Source: Alphaproteobacteria bacterium UBA3773
GTDB taxonomy: Bacteria; Pseudomonadota; Alphaproteobacteria; RF32; CAG-239
Length of the DNA stretch: 61,831 nucleotides
Direction: 5' to 3'
NCBI GenBank assembly: GCA_002372275.1
Contig: DFFP01000003.1
Location: 83,851-145,681, forward strand
The notes beneath the pieces are model-generated. The model had not been told where the DNA came from. It made no database searches and saw only the letters and a program-made list of their open reading frames with translations. This document shows positions 1-10,800 of the stretch, one piece after another. The translations under genes were made by a program, and so were the position numbers. Position 1 is the first letter of the stretch, and every line of letters starts with the position of its first letter.

Positions 1-519
1 AGGACGATCAATGTCATATCTTTGGTCAGGATTTATTTCATTTGCAAAAATATGTTGTACATAGTCCCTTAGAATATCCTCTCTAAAAGCTGTTTGTCCA
101 AGGTTTTGAGGAAGATCAGTAATATCAGCCCAAAGGTTATTCTCGTCTGATGATTCATAATAAAGAACACCATCATTTCTTCGGTTCCATTGCATTGGCT
201 GAACACGACGAAGATGATATGTATCATATTCTTTAACGGCAATAAACCTATTCTCTCCGTCAAAATATTCAGAATATTCTCGAGTAATAGGGTTACCTTG
301 TTCGTCTCTGCTCAGTAAATGATAAGTTTTTCCTGTTTCCATCCAGCCGGCTTTAGCCCTGTCGAAAGCTTCCTGAGAGTAAAAATATCCTAAAGAAGGA
401 TAGCAGTGAGGCCATTCTGTTCTTTGAGCACGCAATTCAGCTTCATCTTGTCGACTGGCGTTTTGTAAAAGTATTCTATCAACGTATCCTCTAGTATCTA
501 TGTCAAAATTAAAACTCAT
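1..519 (-). CDS. Hypothetical protein, runs off the left edge of the window (>=173 aa, MSFNFDIDTRGYVDRILLQNAS...)
   Basis: ATG at 519 preceded by AAGGAG; the frame is open to position 1. It is absent from the ORF track because there is no stop in the window. Confidence 0.7.
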   Translation of the reverse strand, partial: MSFNFDIDTRGYVDRILLQNASRQDEAELRAQRTEWPHCYPSLGYFYSQEAFDRAKAGWMETGKTYHLLSRDEQGNPITREYSEYFDGENRFIAVKEYDTYHLRRVQPMQWNRRNDGVLYYESSDENNLWADITDLPQNLGQTAFREDILRDYVQHIFANEINPDQRYDIDRP

Positions 520-560
520 ATTATGCACTCCTTTCTCAATTTTGAATTATAGTTTTTGCG

Positions 561-1144
561 TTAATCTTGCTGTTTTTGGTTATCTCTCATAGCCCGATTT
601 ATAAGTTCTTGATTAAGAATTCTTCCATAATCACCGCCGTCTTTGTGTTTTTCTGCAATTTTTGCACCTGCATATATTATTGAATCCGGTAATCGCTGAT
701 TTTCTTCGGCAATGAAATGATTGTTGTTTTTTAAAATATTTATACATTTTCCGTTTCTCTAACTTTTCCTAATAATTTGTCAGATATTCTTTTTTCAAAT
801 TTTTTTATGGGTTCTGGAAGTTTTGTTTTTATACCCAACTTCTTTGCCAATTTTGCACGAGCGCATCCTAATCTGCTATTATTTAAATCATCATCACTAT
901 GCGTGTCCTTAATTTCAGATATTGGTTCGAAAGGTTCTTCTTCAAAATTATCGGACTCATCTAAACCATACCTCGTGTTTTCGCGTTCTATCTCTTCTAA
1001 AAGCATTTCTGCTTCTTCTTTTTTTGTCGGCACAACCTCATATCCGTAATCTTCTAAAACAATATCGTCAACAGAATGATAAGGATCATCGCCAAGTATT
1101 TCTTTTTTTAATCATTTTGCTTCTGCAAGACTCGTTTTTTCCAT
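561..1144 (-). pseudogene. Probable disrupted hypothetical gene (includes ORF 740..1033)
   Basis: GAGGAG RBS and ATG at 1144 hit a stop after 10 codons. The 740..1033 frame extends upstream to an in-frame TAA, and a protein-like frame continues from ~740 to 561 after a frameshift. Confidence 0.4.
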
Positions 1145-1242
1145 AATGCGTCTCCTCGTTATAATCGTTTATACTAATTTTAGTTTACCTCCCATTAGAC
1201 AAAAGTCAAGTTTTTTTTACAAAAAAATGAAAAATAAATAGC

Positions 1243-1360
1243 GTCATGCCTATTTTGCCGATAGACAAAATTCAGGGCATCTTCGAATTAAAAAGAATTA
1301 GTGCTCCGCAAAGACCAGATTCCTTGATGACCTGACGCGCCGCGCAGGTCAAGGAATGAC
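1243..1360. repeat. Inverted pair of GTCA-footed REP-like hairpins
   Basis: GTCATGCC...GGCATC (1243-1281, +) and GTCATTCCTTGA...TCAAGGAATCT (1360-1317, -); the same class occurs at 49.5-49.75 kb. Confidence 0.65.
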
Positions 1361-1716
1361 ATAAAAAAATAAAAAGTTCGATAGCAAATGAAAAAATGGT
1401 ATTTTCGGGATTTATAAAATCAGACTTTGTGTAAACCAACCCTATCAACACAAAAAACGCCTGCAATGAGGCGGTTTTTAAAAATGCTGCCGCTGGAATC
1501 GCTTTGGGCGTAAGATGAGCGTAGCGAAGTTGTGGCCAAGCAAAGATGAAAGGGACCCGCTTTAGTGGGAATTTCCAAAAGATTTCGGGGCTTTGACATC
1601 TCGCCACAACTGCATCTGCCTCGCTATGACTGCTCGGCGATGTCGATTCCGGACTTTCCCGATTGCTTCGCAATCTCCCCCTCGAAAGTCCTTTTCCTTT
1701 CATTGAGATACCAACA

Positions 1717-1750
1717 CAAAAAAAGACCGGTCTAAAACCGGTCATTTTTT
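1717..1750 (-). terminator. Intrinsic terminator after tRNA-Thr
   Basis: GACCGG stem with A/T tracts on both sides, directly 3' of the tRNA CCA. Confidence 0.7.
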
Positions 1751-1754
1751 GCAT

Positions 1755-1829
1755 TGGTGCCGCTGAGAAGAATTGGACTTCCGACCCCGTCATTACCAAT
1801 GACGTGCTCTACCACTGAGCTACAACGGC
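1755..1829 (-). tRNA. tRNA-Thr(GGT)
   Basis: GCCGTTGTAGCTCAGTGGTAGAGCA-CGTCA-TTGGTAA-TGACG-GGGTCGGAAGTCCAATTCTTCTCAGCGGCACCA; 75-nt cloverleaf with encoded CCA. Confidence 0.95.
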
Positions 1830-1990
1830 ATAAAACTTTCAAAAAAAACATAATTCTTAAATGACGGGGTCTTCTCCCCCGGCCTTCTCCGTTTCGGTTC
1901 GCTGCGGTCGCTGCACGCTTTCCTTGCTTACCGACGTTTCGGCGCGTTACAGATAAAAATAACACACCCGTGTTATTTTTACTTAGCCGC

Positions 1991-2073
1991 TACCAATGAC
2001 GTGCTCTATAACTAAAGCTACAACGGCATAAAATCAGAAATAACATAATTCTTATATGACGGGGTTTTTCCCC
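1991..2073 (-). repeat. Degenerate direct copy of the tRNA-Thr 5' half plus its upstream region
   Basis: 1991-2073 aligns with 1794-1880 (TACCAATGACGTGCTCTA...GCTACAACGGCATAAAA...ACATAATTCTTA.ATGACGGGGT). Confidence 0.85.
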
Positions 2074-2136
2074 AATCATGATCAACATCAAATTCTTCAT
2101 ACACAAACAAAATTCGAAAATCAAGTAAATTTTTAT

Positions 2137-2493
2137 TTAGTTCAAATATTTTCGTTCTTTTTTAATTTTTCTTAAAAGTGTGCTCGGGCACATTCGCCCC
2201 TTAAACTGAATGCTTTCAAAAAAATATTCGCCCTCAAAATCTTTAGGTGGATTTAAATAAATTTTCGGACATTTTTCCTCTTCACACAGGGCATTTTTCA
2301 GTTCCTGCAGAATGATTTCATTATTTTGAAACTCTTTTGAAAAGCGTAAAATTGCCACTTCCGGCTTTAATTCTTTAGCATATCTCAAAAAGTCGAAAAT
2401 ATTTCCCGTACAATAACCTTCCAGCCCAAACCGCACCATATCTTCGCGTATTTTTTTTAATTCCTTTTCTTCAAATATCATGACATCTGACAT
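2137..2493 (-). CDS. Hypothetical protein, possibly a degenerate receiver (REC-like) domain
   Basis: 118 aa with GGAGGA RBS. The alternating beta/alpha pattern (VMIFEE...LKPEVAIL) recalls CheY-like folds, but no clear phospho-acceptor Asp is present. Confidence 0.5.
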   Translation of the reverse strand: MSDVMIFEEKELKKIREDMVRFGLEGYCTGNIFDFLRYAKELKPEVAILRFSKEFQNNEIILQELKNALCEEEKCPKIYLNPPKDFEGEYFFESIQFKGRMCPSTLLRKIKKERKYLN

Positions 2494-2553
2494 TTTATCC
2501 TCCTATTAAAGGAGGATATAACCTTATAAAAAAATTTTCAAAGAGCATTTCAT

Positions 2554-2577
2554 AAAAAAAGCCCGAATTTTTCGGGC
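2554..2577 (-). terminator. Intrinsic terminator closing the virB operon
   Basis: GCCCGAA-AAA-TTCGGGC followed by T7 on the minus strand, just after the virB11 stop. Confidence 0.8.
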
Positions 2578-2587
2578 AATCAAAAAC

Positions 2588-3559
2588 TTATGTAATTTCC
2601 GTAATTGCACGCAGGTTGCCATCACGATTAATCTGGATAACCCTTAATTTATGACGCATTTCCTCAATCGTTTTGGCGCGGTCAATTGCCGGATACGTGT
2701 GCAAAATACGATCCGTAAATGCCTGATAAGCCGCTTCCGAACTTTCGGCGTGAATGGTTGCCAAACAGTTATCGTGACCGGAGCCCATGAGTTCCCAAAG
2801 CGCACCGGCATTTGAGGTTGAAATTTCGCCTCCGATAATCGCATCCGGCGTAAAACGCACCACCAAATCGATCACTTTAGCATAATCCATATCGTTCGTT
2901 TGTTCCGTACGCGATAACACCAAATGAACCCTGTTTGGGTGCGGAACCATCAATTCTCGTGTATCTTCGATGGTTATTATGCGTTTATGAATATCCAAAA
3001 TTTTTAAGAGGTTATTCAAAAAAGTTGTTTTACCGGTGGCCGTTGCACCTGAGACCAAAATATGATCACCGCGCTTAATACTTAAAAGAAGCCTTTCATA
3101 CGGATCTTCAGGGTCTTTAATATTCTTAAGCGGATTAATTTTATGTAAACCTTTTCCTTGCGACAAACCATAATCTGCCAATCCAAATGCCACTTCTTCA
3201 CTGTGCACACGAATTGTCAAGGCAACCCCACCTGTCAAGTCTTTTTCATCATACATCACATTTCGACCGGCAATTGCCGAAAAACGGTGTCCGCCGGGCA
3301 ATTCCGTAAACACCAAGGGCGAGCCCGAAATCGGATCAAAAGGCAACTCATAGGTATTTGCCACAATATACAAAAGATCCGTCAGATATTCTTTTGACAG
3401 TTTTTCATCTTTATACATCACCCACGGATAAGCTCTTTTTCCGCGAAGTCTGAGCCACACTTCACCGGCATGATCAATGGCCACCTCTTCGATATTGTCT
3501 TGGTTATACCAATATGAAAGCGGGCGTAACACAGATTCCAAAACCGTAAATTCACTCAT
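2588..3559 (-). CDS. virB11: T4SS traffic ATPase VirB11/TrbB family
   Basis: Walker A GATATGKT, Asp box ITIEDTREL, RFTPDAIIGGE, His box GH...TIHA; last gene of the virB cluster. Confidence 0.9.
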   Translation of the reverse strand: MSEFTVLESVLRPLSYWYNQDNIEEVAIDHAGEVWLRLRGKRAYPWVMYKDEKLSKEYLTDLLYIVANTYELPFDPISGSPLVFTELPGGHRFSAIAGRNVMYDEKDLTGGVALTIRVHSEEVAFGLADYGLSQGKGLHKINPLKNIKDPEDPYERLLLSIKRGDHILVSGATATGKTTFLNNLLKILDIHKRIITIEDTRELMVPHPNRVHLVLSRTEQTNDMDYAKVIDLVVRFTPDAIIGGEISTSNAGALWELMGSGHDNCLATIHAESSEAAYQAFTDRILHTYPAIDRAKTIEEMRHKLRVIQINRDGNLRAITEIT

Positions 3560-3574
3560 GGCTTTCTCCTTTGC

Positions 3575-6500
3575 TTAAAAAAGTTGTCCCGATGAAGCGG
3601 AAGAATCATCAGATGTTGAAGATGATTGATCTGCGGCCGGTGTTACGTTTGCCCCGGATTGTCCGGAACTTGAGGTTGTCGGTGGTGGTGTATACACAGG
3701 CGCAACTGCTCTCGGTGCTTGTTGTCCGGATCCATCATTGAGTAAAGGTGTTGCTCCGGAATTTGTCGGCTGAGCATTCGGATTTCCACCATCATACAAA
3801 ACTGTTGAACTGCCCGGACCTGCATTATTATCAGTTGTCGGTTTTCCGTGTGTACTTCCATACGGATCTCTATCATCAAGTAAAACTTTTGGTTTTTCAA
3901 TATCATTTAATCCGCTTGATTTTTCTCTTTCGGCTGTTCTGAGCCACATATCTGTTTTCGGATAAATGATCAAACGTGTTCCTGCCGGCACATACGATAC
4001 TGCCTGAACGCTTTCCATTTTATCATTGATAACTTGCTCGATAATTTGCTGAATTGTTTGATTTACATTATCACGTGCATCCTGATATGCCGCAGCTCGT
4101 GCATCTGATGTGGATGTGCCGTTTTCATTTGTTTTCGTATTACCTTTTGCCATTGCAATATTGATTGCTCCTTGCATAAAGGCCAGCGAAACAGGAAATC
4201 CGTAGCGCTTCATAAGTTGCGGATCCAAATAACCGAGTGCGCCGCCGCGACCTTGCGCGTCACCTGTTTGAGCGGCCTTAAATTCAAATGCGGAACCATC
4301 CGGACGAATAAGTCGCTCCCAAGTAATATCCACTCTTGTTGCACCTGTGGTGGCATTACCGTTTCCGCCCGATCCGCCGCCGGCAGACTTACCAATCACA
4401 CGACTACCGGCCGGAATAACGATATTTCTACCGTCTTCAGCATAAACATTTCGCTCCACAATAGCCGTTACCGGAACATCCCCTAAACTGCCGCTCATAA
4501 TTGTGCGTGCCAATACGGCCGGAATCGGTTTATCTGCCAAAATCATCTCGCTCATATCCACACGCCATGACGACATAATATAGTTTGCATTATCCCAGTT
4601 ATCCTGATATCCCGTAAATGACGACGGATTAATATCAGATGTTACAACACCCATACGAATATTTTGCAATCTTTCGCTTTGGGCCATACTTAAAGCCCTG
4701 GAACGCACCGGATCATATCTTTCATTCGGTCCATATCCGCCGCCGGGGCCCAAATTTGTCGGTGTATTTGTAATTCCATAGGCATCTTGCGGTAAAAAGA
4801 TTGAAGATGAACTTGGTTTCGGGGCTTCTTTGACTTCTTTTTTCTCATCAATGGAACCGATTATTTCGCCTTCTTGGTTATAGGCCATTCCGTCCTGACC
4901 ATAACCGATAACTTCCCCTGTATTCGGGTCAACAATAAAACCATTGTCCAAATAATCGCCCAAATACTGTCCGTCAGGAGATAAAACAACCCCGATTACC
5001 TTTTGATTATACCCCCCGACTTTCATATCATCCGAGCCTTCAACTTCGAGGCTTGAAACCTTGATATCCGTTTGCGGTGTTTTAGCCCAACCTGCTGCAC
5101 GAGGAGTAGTTACATCATAATACTGCAACAATCTTGCAACAGCGAGTAATCTTCCCTGATCATCTCGCACATCTCCCGTCGGTGAAACCGTTCCGATCAT
5201 CGTGCCGTTATGAGCTCTGACCTTGTTTGAGAGTAAAATTTCACCAATGACGCGATTCTTATCATCTCTGACAAAGTAATCTCTTGCACCACGTCCAATC
5301 AGCCTACCATCGTCCGAAACCAAAAATCCGCGATCGATCTGCCCTAAATTATCACCCGCAAAATTTTTCACCATTCCTTTGCTTGTTAAATACCCGATGG
5401 CCTCATTTTTCTCATTATAAATGTATAAATCATATAAAGCATACCCCACCGTTTTTTTCTTTGAAATAATTTCACCGTCATGTGCCACTGTTCCGAAAAG
5501 TTCATTTTTTTCGTTATAAGCATTTCCATCGGGCAAAACATAACCAACCATGTTATTTTGCAAATCATAAGCAAACCGATATTTAAAGGTCAAACCAATC
5601 GGTTGACTTTCTTGATTAAAGACCGTCCCGTCAGGCGCTACAAACCCACTGATATGTCCGCTGTTATCTACAAAACGACCTTGCATATCGGTGCGTCCGA
5701 TCAGTTTATTTTCAAAATTCATCACAAGTGCATTTTCATAAACACGCCCTTTCAAGGCCATATTTTCATCATAAAAGCGTCCCGTTCTGGTCACACAACC
5801 TTTTCTTTGGCCTCCCTCCCAGATTTCGCCCGTTTCAGAGCTCATTCCGATGAAGCGGTTTTGAAAATCATAAACAGGACCGACTTTAGCAATATAACCG
5901 ATATACTGTCCGACTTCTGAAACAGCTTGACCGTTTCCTAAGATGTGCCCAAGTGTATTATCGCGATTTGAGCGAACTTCTCCTTTTCCTGACAATGCCC
6001 CGACTAAGCGACAATCAGATGCTAAAACAGGGCTTAAAGGCACAACAGATCCCAAATAATTATTTTGCATACCGACAGCTGTTTGATCCGAAATCAATCG
6101 GCCGACCTGAGATCCCTGATAAAAAACACTTGATTTTGAGTTGATATAGCCGACCATATCTCCTTTTAAGCTGATAACGAGACCATCACCTTCTCCCACA
6201 AACCCGATAATCGGTATCAGAGCTGCATTTTTATCTCCTTTAACAATCCGATATTCCGGTAAAATTTTTGAAGAAATACTACCATTCCCATCAAAAAGCA
6301 CATTAGAATCAGACATATATTGAGGTGTTTTCGAATCATAAAGTGCAAAATAACCAGGGATAATTTGGCGTCCGAACACTTGATTTTTTTCGTTTAGAGC
6401 ATAACCGCCGCTTTTAATTTTTAAATTTTCTTTCGATTCAATTTCGCCGTTCACGTTCAAATATCCGATCACATCACCTTCTTCATCATAGATACCACCA

Positions 6501-7801
6501 AACTTTAACAAACTTCCCACAATATTCATATCTGAATTATAAACATACCCCAAAGGCGAAAGACGATAATTCTCAGCTCCCAAAGACAGTTCCGTATTCA
6601 CACCTGCAATGCTAAGAACTTCTTGTTTTGCATTGATAGCGACAGCATTTTGCAAAACAGCGCCCATTTCCGTTCCTGCTCGGTCAAAAGCCCGATCTTT
6701 TTGCATATATCCTATGGTTGCACCCGTAAATGAAACAACATTTCCGTTCGGCATGGCCTCTGCTCTTAAATTCCCCAAATAATCAAAAATCGGACCTTTT
6801 GAAGCAATAGTCCCAATGACTTTTTGATCTTGAACCACCAAACCGCGCGGCGCAACGGTTGCGACATTTTTTTCGCCTCTCATAATTTTGCCCGATGGTG
6901 TTAAATAACCCAAATATGTTCCGTTTTCAGCTATTGCCACCGAATCTGTATTTAACGCAAATCCGATGACTTTGCCCTGCATATCCGCAATTTTTCCGTC
7001 AGCTCTGTAACGTCCGATCACATTTCCTTTTTGTAAAACTTCACCATTATAGCTGACATAACCTAAATACTGACCTAATTCATCAAAAGCATATCCCGAT
7101 TGAACAACTTTGCCTATGACTTTACCGTCCTGGTTATATACAAAGCCGTTTGCATGGACTTTTCCGATAAATACTCCTTCAAAATCCGTCACCTGTCCGC
7201 CGGCCGATAAACTGCCGATAAAACGACCGTCAAGTGACACAACCATTTTAGATGAAATTAATTTACCTTGTAAAATTGTATTACCTTCTGTCGTTTTATA
7301 CCCGTAACCCGAAGGTGAAACAAAACCGACCGTTTGTCCGTCAAAATTCACGTAAGCTCCGTTTCCGGCCAAACGACCGACAGCTGAACCGTCATCACCA
7401 TATATAATTCCGGTAGACAACACAGACCCGATCACTTCATACATATCATTGACAACCAAGCCGTTTGGTAAAACATGACCGGCAATTTTTCCCGAGGGCA
7501 ATCGAACGCTCCCGTCGCCTGAAACTTTACCTAAATACTTTTGATCATTTCCAACCACAAATCCCTGCGGAACAATACCGCCGACAATATCGCCTTTTGA
7601 ATCCAAAATCCAACCGTCAGCGGTGAGTTGCCCCATAATCTCATTTTGCAAATTAACGGCCGTTCCGTCCGGAATAACTTTGCCGATCATCGAACCCGTA
7701 AAATCGATTGCCGTAATATCCTGTGCCCAAGCCCCAGATATCAGACAAAATACTGATGCAAAAAGAAAAACTTGAATTTTAAGTATTTTTTGAGACAACA
7801 C
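3575..7801 (-). CDS. virB10: Giant VirB10/TrbI-domain protein (~1408 aa) with signal peptide and ~950 aa of Gly-rich repeats
   Basis: C-terminal TrbI motifs (IPAVLARTIMS, VTAIVERNVYAEDGRNIVIPAGSRVIG, ITWERLIRPDG, DAQGRGG). Probable GTG start at 7801 with GGAGG RBS; AWA-Q signal peptidase site. Confidence 0.85.
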   Translation of the reverse strand: MLSQKILKIQVFLFASVFCLISGAWAQDITAIDFTGSMIGKVIPDGTAVNLQNEIMGQLTADGWILDSKGDIVGGIVPQGFVVGNDQKYLGKVSGDGSVRLPSGKIAGHVLPNGLVVNDMYEVIGSVLSTGIIYGDDGSAVGRLAGNGAYVNFDGQTVGFVSPSGYGYKTTEGNTILQGKLISSKMVVSLDGRFIGSLSAGGQVTDFEGVFIGKVHANGFVYNQDGKVIGKVVQSGYAFDELGQYLGYVSYNGEVLQKGNVIGRYRADGKIADMQGKVIGFALNTDSVAIAENGTYLGYLTPSGKIMRGEKNVATVAPRGLVVQDQKVIGTIASKGPIFDYLGNLRAEAMPNGNVVSFTGATIGYMQKDRAFDRAGTEMGAVLQNAVAINAKQEVLSIAGVNTELSLGAENYRLSPLGYVYNSDMNIVGSLLKFGGIYDEEGDVIGYLNVNGEIESKENLKIKSGGYALNEKNQVFGRQIIPGYFALYDSKTPQYMSDSNVLFDGNGSISSKILPEYRIVKGDKNAALIPIIGFVGEGDGLVISLKGDMVGYINSKSSVFYQGSQVGRLISDQTAVGMQNNYLGSVVPLSPVLASDCRLVGALSGKGEVRSNRDNTLGHILGNGQAVSEVGQYIGYIAKVGPVYDFQNRFIGMSSETGEIWEGGQRKGCVTRTGRFYDENMALKGRVYENALVMNFENKLIGRTDMQGRFVDNSGHISGFVAPDGTVFNQESQPIGLTFKYRFAYDLQNNMVGYVLPDGNAYNEKNELFGTVAHDGEIISKKKTVGYALYDLYIYNEKNEAIGYLTSKGMVKNFAGDNLGQIDRGFLVSDDGRLIGRGARDYFVRDDKNRVIGEILLSNKVRAHNGTMIGTVSPTGDVRDDQGRLLAVARLLQYYDVTTPRAAGWAKTPQTDIKVSSLEVEGSDDMKVGGYNQKVIGVVLSPDGQYLGDYLDNGFIVDPNTGEVIGYGQDGMAYNQEGEIIGSIDEKKEVKEAPKPSSSSIFLPQDAYGITNTPTNLGPGGGYGPNERYDPVRSRALSMAQSERLQNIRMGVVTSDINPSSFTGYQDNWDNANYIMSSWRVDMSEMILADKPIPAVLARTIMSGSLGDVPVTAIVERNVYAEDGRNIVIPAGSRVIGKSAGGGSGGNGNATTGATRVDITWERLIRPDGSAFEFKAAQTGDAQGRGGALGYLDPQLMKRYGFPVSLAFMQGAINIAMAKGNTKTNENGTSTSDARAAAYQDARDNVNQTIQQIIEQVINDKMESVQAVSYVPAGTRLIIYPKTDMWLRTAEREKSSGLNDIEKPKVLLDDRDPYGSTHGKPTTDNNAGPGSSTVLYDGGNPNAQPTNSGATPLLNDGSGQQAPRAVAPVYTPPPTTSSSGQSGANVTPAADQSSSTSDDSSASSGQLF

Positions 7802-7802
7802 G

Positions 7803-10800
7803 TTAATTCCTCCGGTTCTGTGCAACTTCCTGCAGGGCATATCCCGCCACATTTTTATCTTTATCCACAAAAGAGCCGTTACTCTTAAGATACCCTATTT
7901 TTTCGCCTTTAACATTTAAAACGTCACCATTTAATGAAAGATATCCTAAATACGTGCCGTTTCCTGATAAAACAGAAGTTCCTAATTTAAAAACTTTTCC
8001 AACAATATTGTTTTGATTATCAATAGCAAGTCCGCCCGGCAAAACACGCCCTATTTGTTTATTATCCTCAGCACGCAATGTTCCATCAAATGCCACAAAA
8101 CCAAGCATTTTATCTTCGTTTGAAATCACAATATCACCTGTCAAAACTTCACCGATCGGTTGCCCTTTGCTATCCAAAACTTTCCCGTCAGCCATCATTG
8201 TTCCGATGGTCGTATTTTTTTTGCCCATAATCTGACCATTTGGCAAAACATAACCAATCACATGACCATTAAAATCAATCACAGCCCCATACCTTAAAAT
8301 GCCCAAATTCTGATCGGTCATTCCCCCGGGTAAAATCGGTGAAACAGCTTTTCCCGAAAGATTTAACACCTCTCCGTTTTGATTAAGATGTCCGCTATAA
8401 TGGCCAAATAAATCAATCATAATACTTTCGGGGGTCACTTCGCCCACAACAGTTCCGTCTAAAGTTGCCACAAGTCCCTGCGGTAAAACCTTTGCCACTT
8501 TTTCACCATCTAAATCAATCACCTGCCCAAATGCATTCACATATCCCATATATGCCCCGTTATACGAAATGGCCGGACCTTGTTTAACAATTCCACCGAG
8601 ATATTCTCCTTTATTCCCGAACCAACGCCCTAAAGCATCAATTCTACCAAGCTTTTCTCCGAATAATCCGACAGCCGTACCATCAAAACTGGCCAGTCCC
8701 TGAACCTGCCCGTCTTGATCAATCAACATACCGTGCGGAACAAGTGCTCCGAATGAATCCTGATAAAACCCGAACTGATTTCCTTTAATTTTATCAATTA
8801 AAATTCCTTCCGCGTTATAAACACCACCATCAGCAAACACATGACCGATGACATTGCCTTTTACATCTTTAACCACATTTTGCTTTGGTAACACCACACC
8901 CACAATATTGTTATAGGCATCTGCAACATACTGATGAAGTAAAATTTTTGCCCCAGGATATTTTTCTATTTTAAGATGTCCGTCGGCCTCTAAAACACCA
9001 AGCAAATTTCCGCTTAAATCAAAAGCATAGCGTGCATCATTAAGTTTGCCGACATAAGATCCTTTTTCATCTGTCACATCTCCGTTAAAATCAACGCACC
9101 CTATTCTTTTAATAAGTCCTGAAATAACATATCCGTTTTGATTAAGCCGACCGATAACTTTTCCGGAACTGTCTAAAACTTCTTTATATTCGGCAACCCG
9201 ACCTATAATCTGACCATTATTGATGACTTTTCCATCCGGGTTCACGCAACCCACATATCTTTTCTGCGTGTCATACACACCGCCGCTGTCATCGGCAACC
9301 CCTATCGCATCACAGCTTTCATCAAAGACCTGCCCTGTTAAAACGACAGAACCTAAAAAATCACCGTTTTCGGCATACACACCGCCATCAGGATAAATTC
9401 GAACATCTTTTCTGACTTTTCCGTTTTGACCGACAAGGCCTGTTTTATCTAAAATACCAACCGGTGAACACCCCCAGCCGACAACGCGTCCGCCCTGAAC
9501 ACCTTGTGCAATAATTTTTGAGCCGTTTGTATCGGTTACCAGTCCGTTTGAGCGTATCCGTCCGACAACTTTACCTTGGTCATCTGTTACTTCCCCGTTT
9601 GCCGAAACATTTCCTAAAATAGTGCCTTTTGGTGTAATAGGAATTAAATCCGCTTTGATGATTGAACCGATTGCCGTCATATCTTCTAAAATCATATTGC
9701 CGTTTTCATCGACGTAACCGATTACATTACCTTGTGCGTCTACAATTTCACCTTTTTCATTCACATAACCGATAACATTTCCGTTTGCATCCGTGATAAT
9801 ATGGCCCATTTCCCCGGCTTGTCCGATGACATTTCCGTCTTTATCAACAACAGTTCCGTCCTCAAGCATTTTACCGATGATATTGCCGTTAAAATCAACC
9901 ACATTCCCGTTTTCATCAACATAGCCCATCAAATTTCCGTTTTCATCATAAACCATTCGAACTTGTTTTACTTTTTCATCTTGAGCTTGTCCGATGACAT
10001 TTCCGTTTTTATCCACAACATCACCGTTTGCTGTCACATAACCGATAATATTGCCGTTTTCATCACGCACCACTTCTTTAGCCGCCCTGCCGATGATATT
10101 ACCATCTTTATCCACCACGGTTCCGTCTGCATTTTTATGTCCGATGACATTACCGTTTGCATCTACCACATCCCCGTTCGCCGTCACATAGCCGATCACA
10201 TTTCCGTTTTCATCATAGACAAGTTCAGATGGTGCATATCCAATCACACGACCATCTTTATCCACCACAGTTCCGTCGGCATTTCTGTGTCCGATAATAT
10301 TACCGTTGGCATCTATCACATCACCGTTTTCCGTCACATAACCGATGATATTGCCGTTTTCATCAAAAACGGGGATCATATCCTTCGTTGAACCGACAAT
10401 ACGTTTTGTTTTCTTTAACAAATCACCATTATCATCAACATAACCGACAACATTTCCGTTTTCATCAATCACGGAATTATCTGCCAATATCACACCGAGT
10501 TTATTGCCTTGATCATCTAAAACACTTTTACCTGTTTGACTCACGGCCCCGATATCATTGCCGTTAAGATCTTGAACTTTTCCGTCTTCATTTAAGCGAC
10601 CGATGACATCGCCGGTATCACTGACAACCGTTCCGTCATCCATCACGCGGCCGATCACATTTCCCGTGCTATCATGCACAAAACCGGCTTCTACCACTTT
10701 ACCGATGACATTTCCGTTGGCATCGACCACCAATCCGTTTCCAAGCGCTTTTCCGATCACATTGCCGTTTTGATCATAAACCGTGCCGTCGGCTGCCACA

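Noticed and set aside
69-263. 64-aa ORF in the track
   Set aside because: It is an out-of-frame shadow of the longer RBS-led ORF 519..<1.
1272-1799. 175-aa ORF
   Set aside because: It overlaps tRNA-Thr, its terminator and REP palindromes; shadow ORF.
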